Under the pieces are notes generated by a model. The model saw only the letters and a program-made list of their open reading frames with translations, was not told the origin of the DNA and ran no database searches. DNA of 64,000 nucleotides from an uncultured Planctomycetia bacterium (GTDB lineage: Bacteria; Omnitrophota; Gorgyraeia; 2-02-FULL-51-18). Positions 56,801-62,800 of the stretch are shown piece after piece. Location: the NCBI GenBank assembly GCA_964642015.1, contig CAZXLF010000008.1:18705-82704 (forward strand), written 5' to 3'. Each line of letters opens with the position of its first letter. Position 1 is the stretch's first letter. Both the position numbers and the translations under genes were made by a program.

Positions 56801-59800
56801 CAAAGCGCGAGTGACTCTAACTTCCTGGATCGCTTTTGCTCTTTCTGCTACAGCAGGCACAGGTACTTTATTTTCAGCTTTAAGTTTGTTGGCTGCGCTC
56901 TGCAAAACCACTGCCGTTTCAGGATTGTTTTCACGTAAAACTGGTGCGCTCCACCACAGATAACTCGAAAAAGCCAGCACCGTCGCTAAAGCATTCAAAA
57001 TAATCCTTTGAGTATTTTGTACTATATTTAGGCCTGCCAACCGAGCTCCCTCGGGCGCGCCCTTTTGCTTTTGCTGCAATTCCTCAATCTGGCGCTGAAC
57101 ATCTTCTATTTGTCTTTGGATTTGCCTGATATTCCGCTGCTGTCTTTGTCTTTCAAGTTGCAAAAGACGCCCAACATTGGCCCTAGATTCGCCAGAACCG
57201 GTCCTTCGGATCAATTTGGACCCGATCGCATCAACGACACTTCGGCTGGCGATGATCTGGTCGATGCGCTCAGAAAGTTGCTTAGCCTCTTCAGGAGTTT
57301 TGGCATTATTGAGCTGATCGGCGAATTTTACGATCTGAGCATCATTTTCATCGCCAAAAACTTTTAATACCGTATCTCCTGTAACAAGCTGATAGGTCGG
57401 CGGCGCGTCAGAAACTCGCACATAAACACCTCCGTGTGTGGCGGCATGTTTCTCGGCTTGAGCAGCAGCAACCGTTTTGCTGTTCGGAGCAATTTGGATC
57501 CAGCGCGTCTGAAGAGAAACCGTATTCTGCGGTGACGACACGCCCAACGCTCTAGACCAAAGTGCGCCGAGCTGTGCTTGAGCTCCCTGCAGACCGCCAA
57601 GGACCTCCTGCGCGTTTACGGGAAGACCGTTATTCAGTCTCGTGCGGCTAAGGTCGACCCCTCTTTCCATCCCGTAAAGGATATCGTTCATCTGTTTAAG
57701 GAATTGATCCCGTAACGTCGGAGCTTGGGGAGTTCTTTGAGGCAATCCGCGCGTGACACCGTATAATTTGTCTCCGCTCTCTCTGGTCAAATATTCACGC
57801 CACTCGGTCGTCATCGCGGCGTTTTCTCCAAAAATGACCTGATTAGTCGAAACTGAAAAATTCACACCGTTAATACGGATCGGTCCGGCTTGGTCGATAC
57901 GAAGCGGGTGCAAGCTTTCAGGACTTAATCTGCTGAAATCCACTGCAAAATAATAAGCGTAATAATTCTGGCCTTCTTGAAAAACGTGCTGGACACCAGG
58001 AATTATTTCTCCGGCGTTCTTTTTGTCAAAAGTTTCTTTAGAAATTTTCACTCTCGCCACGATCGCGGGATAATTATCGCGTCTTAAAGTGCTCAATGCA
58101 TCCGGATCAGAGCTTTTTTCTTCGATCAGATTGCGAGCCGGTACGTCTTCTCCCAAACGCGATATAGGAAAATCGACCCCATCATAAAGCGCGACGATCT
58201 GACCGTCCGGAGTGATCTGCGCAGCGTTTGCATAACGAAAATAAGTACCGTCCGCCGCCTGGTGACGAAAACCTGCGGCGGCTCGTTCCACAACAATCGA
58301 TTCAGCGGGCATCCCTTTGTCAGGATTGACATATTGACCTGTGATCTTTTGGTTGGCGTTGATACGGCCCCCATAATAACGGAACGGTCCATAAAAATTA
58401 CCGTAGTCATAGATATTATGGAAACTCAGCGGGCCATTCAATAAGAACGAACGAGTTTGTAGGAACCTGTCATTTTTTCTCGCTGTCTCAAGCTCTCTCG
58501 AAACTGCTGGCACTTGGGCAGCAGGCGCTGGCGCAGGTTTAAGATAAGTAGCGGGTGCGATCCCATAAACATCGTTCAAGTGTCCGGCGATTTCTGCGAT
58601 GCGCACACGGCGAGCCAGATTAAAAACATTCTGTTGAAGTGCCAATGTTTCAGTGTCCAACCTATCATAGAGCGCGCGTAACCGGTTTAGTTCCGCCTGA
58701 GCAGAATATGCAGACGCTTTATCAGTTGCTCTTCCCGCAAGCGCCGCGGATTGGCTATTGTAATAATTATTCATATATACCAGCATGCCGTTAATTCCCA
58801 GATACGCTCGCTGAACGTTCGTACCTTCCTTTTTATCTTCAAAACGCACAAAGATCGTCGAGTCCTTGGTCAATGCCTCGCGAAGCTCCGGCGTAGCGGC
58901 GGCCAGCAAACGTTCCTTAACAGCCTTATCCTTTGCAAATTCTGAAAAAGGCTTGATCAGTCCCATGTCCGTAGTCTCTATTAAACGAAATTCGCCCGGC
59001 TTCGTTTCGACAAGTCCCGCGCCAATGTGAGTCTGCAAAAGCATATCCGCAACAGCTAGCTCGTTGATCAATCTATTTATCTTTTCAGGATTAATTTCTC
59101 CGATCTGTGCTAATTCTGAATGAATAGGATGAGACGGCGTGGCAAAAGCATTCAACACATCCAAGTAAATCTGAAGCGATTTAGACTGGGCGGCCGCATC
59201 TTTGGGTGCTTTTTCAGACTCCATCTGAGCTAATAGATCTTTCTGAGCGGCTCTTGCTTTTTCGATAGCCTGTTGAAGCGTCTGACCTTGACGCTCTCCT
59301 TTAGCTGTTGGTTCCGAAGTCGGGATAACGGCGGCACGCCCCATATTACCAGTCGCATTGACGATCTCTTTTTGGAAGAAATTCTGAAGCGCATTCCGAT
59401 AAGCTGTTTCTTCGGCAGATAATTTTTCCTGAACAACGGCCTGACGTAACTCAAGCGGTTCAGTCAAGGCTACTTCTGCCGTTATAAATGAAACCACGAA
59501 AGGATCTGATTGATTTGAATATTGGCTGGCTATCGCATTGTCACGGTCGATCGAAAACTGTATGGGAACATTTCTACCGTTTTGGAGTTGAGTCATCGCA
59601 AATCTGACGCGCGCAATTTCCCGTTCAACCTGCTGGACAGCCTGCATCGCCGCAATTTGCGCTCTTTGGTCAGCTATCACTTGTTTACCGGCTGGCGGCT
59701 GGAACGCTTGATCCAAAAATGGCCGTACGAACGGTGACTGGCTTCCGCGGAAAATATCATAACCGGTAAGCGGCCTAAATTGTTTAGCTGTAGGCGCAAG

Positions 59801-62800
59801 AATCGGTAATCCCAGATCAGGCCGATAATTTGGTATCAGATTAATTTCTCTCGGGCGCAATAAATAATCTGAAAAAGAAGCCGGGCGCTCGTAGGGTTGA
59901 TAGATCGGCATCCGGATATTCGGGCTAACCTCCTGCCGGCGGGCCGCTAAAATAACTGATTCATTGTGGCGCCACAATCCCCATCCTTTCGTTGCCGCTT
60001 CGTGACGGCTCCACTCGCCGCTTTGCACTTTGGCCGCGATCTCTGCGTCAGTCGCTCGACGAGCTAAGTGCAATTGATATGCCCAATACGGATCTGAAAT
60101 ATTCGTCGGATACATTGTCTTGAACGAATCAAAATAACCCGGGGCACCTCCGCGTCCTAACATCGGGAAATAATCACCGGTATTCATGAAATACTGATGG
60201 CCGGGGACCATATTGCCTGTAGTGGGACGGCCAAATTGATCTCGATGTGAATTCGGATTGCGACCGGTGGTTGGATTACCAAACATGTCGGTATAAGCTC
60301 CTGCATTCCGTCCGGTAGGCGGCATTGGATATTGAGGAAATGGGTTAACAGGAGGCCGATATGAAGTTTGTGGTGCGGGCGGCTGCGAGACCAGAAAAAG
60401 AAGCACAGGTAATTTTTGTTTTTCCGGATCGATGCCGCTCGCAGCCGCGTGAGCGCGCAAAATATTATCGATCCTCTTCCATAGATCAGAGCCAAGACTT
60501 GATTCAAATTCGCGTGGCAGAGAAGCACCCGCTTCCATATGGAACGCCAACGATAAAGCCACAACATCCCGCGCCCATGCATCGCGCCTTTTTTGAATAT
60601 CCTCCTTGATCTCGTTATCTAACGCGTCGCTGATCGCGAACGCTCTCATGAAAAACTCGCCCGGCTTTCTTGTGCCCTCATCGAGATAACGGTGAATTTC
60701 CAACAACCTTGTGCTTAATTCCTCATCGGTGGGTTCATGGTGATAAAGCGGCTTCGCATCTTTTCTGTATTGAGGACTTGCGAAGAGCTTTTTAACAGCT
60801 TCATCGACTTTGGCGTGGAGCTCAGCGCTTGCCGGCACCGCTAGCGGATTTACTTGAGCCTGCCTTAAAGCATTCATAACGAGCGGATGATTCGCAGCTC
60901 GCTTTTCCATATCTCTATTCAATTTGGAAATCGCCTCGTTCATCAATCCAGCCGTCATCCCTGGCAAGCCGTCCGACGCCGGGCTGACCGTCACAGGATT
61001 TCCAGGCGCGGCTTCGTGCGACCTCAGCAACTCTTGAGCTTTTTTAAGCTCCGCTTCAAATTGCGCTCTTTGTTGTTGTAAATCCTTAATCTGTTGCTGA
61101 ACATCCGCTTTCGGCCGCCCTTCTCCGCCCTCTTTCTTTTTGCCTTTGTCACGTAATAGCGGTTCAAAAGCGGCTCTTTTCGATTCTTTACTCTCTTTCG
61201 AAGAAACAAACGCTGTTACATTTTCCGGCCTGCTCGTCGGAATTCCCTTAAAACTGCTCAAAAAGAATACAACTGTTAAAAAAACAATGCTTAAAACCGA
61301 AATAATCGGGATCATTCTCCAGTTGATCCGTCCGGTACGCTGTTCGCTTGGGCGAAAAGACGGGCTAACTATTTCCGCTTGCTGCGGCTTGGCTACTGAG
61401 ACTTTTTGTGTTGGTGCAATTACAGGTTTCGGCAAGGATTCTTTGGTCGAAATTGCCCAATTCTCCAAACTTGCTGAAGCATTTTGTCCTAACCGTCGTA
61501 CCCAAGCCGGCTCTTTTATGTTGTGGAGCAACAAATCGAGTTGCGCACTCAAGCGTTTTGCTTGCCGATCTCTGGCAGTTTGTTCCGTTTGAGGCAATGC
61601 TTCAAGCTGTCTTAGCTTTCTCATGACAGGCTCCGCCAAAGCAGATGCTATTTCCGACTGCGCAGGAGCTTGCGCCTGTTTCACTTGTTCCAGAAGTCTT
61701 TCAAATACACTGGCCTTCCAATCCTCCGATGAAAGCACGTTGGCTTTAGCCGCCTCTACAGCGTCGGAAAAACTCTGCAACGCTTCGGCGATCTGGATCG
61801 CATTGCGTTTCCTGAGCATCAGCAAAGATGCTTCATTTCGTTCCATAGAGATTCTTGTCTTTTTCTGCGAAGCTGCATCGGCACCAGCTAGTATTTCGGC
61901 CTTTTGAGAAATTAGTTCACCTAGTTTTTCGGCCCGGGCGGTACTTGCCTGTTTTCGAGAAAACGCATCCAATAAATCAGGCAGCGTAGTTTGAATAGAG
62001 GCTGTGTCGATGCCGCTGATTCCACGCACGCCTTCATTATAAGATTTTAATAGCTGATAAAGTTCGGGCATCGACCCTATTGCATCCAATGTTTTAAGCG
62101 CTTTTTGACGGTCGTTCCGGATCTGTCTCATAAATTTGTCACGCTGATTACCTGCAAATCCATCAATAGCCGCGCGAATCTTGGCATCCGTTTGCTTAAG
62201 TCTAGTTACCGTAGATTCGGAAACACCTGCAAGCCGGGCGATCTGTCTTTGTGTTACTCTAGTCACGCCTTGGCTTTTCAGATTAGCCACAGCATCCAAA
62301 ATGGCCTGCCCGGTACTTTTTTCGCCGACAGTTGGCAATGCAGCCGCAGGAGCCACCGCAGCCGGAGCCGGTATAGGAAACGCTTCATTGGCGATACGCT
62401 CTACTTCCGCGTCAAATTGTTTACGATCTATGACCTCGAATTTGGAAACCTTATCGGCCAAATCTTTAAAAGCCGCTATCGGATCCAATGTCGGCGTCGG
62501 AACTATAGGAGGCGTTTCAGGGGTTATTTTTTCCGTAGGCGTTTCTTCTGCAGGAGGATTCTCAACAGGAATTTCTGGCTCAGGCTTGATCTCTTCTTCT
62601 GAGGTTTGCGATCTCTGAGACTCCGACTTATTAACAAGCGATGATGTAATAATCGAAAGAAAGAAGCCGCCCAATAATACTATAGGAAGCGATTCGCTGC
62701 CTAAAGGCTGATTTTCTTCCTTATACGTATATAGTTCATCCGTCGCTTGCGCGACAACCGCATCTCTGGAGGCGGTCTGACCGGGCTTGTTTTGTTCGAC

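Larger units (their letters stand above)
21377..57049 (-). repeat. Dispersed protein-level repeat G-A-R-L-[A/T/S] (23 copies plus one GTRLA) separating modules
   Basis: Left coordinates of the 15-nt sites: 57035, 55358, 48206, 43055, 43034, 42125, 41042, 37784, 35894, 34898, 32960, 31847 (GTRLA), 31304, 30155, 29177, 26873, 26186, 25607, 25019, 23519, 22934, 22520, 22118, 21377. Confidence 0.95.

Noticed and set aside
21377-57049. GARL sites as a DNA repeat, CRISPR array or recombination (attC-like) site
   Set aside because: The nucleotide sequences differ at synonymous positions, spacing is irregular and no integrase or cas operon is present. Conservation is at peptide level.
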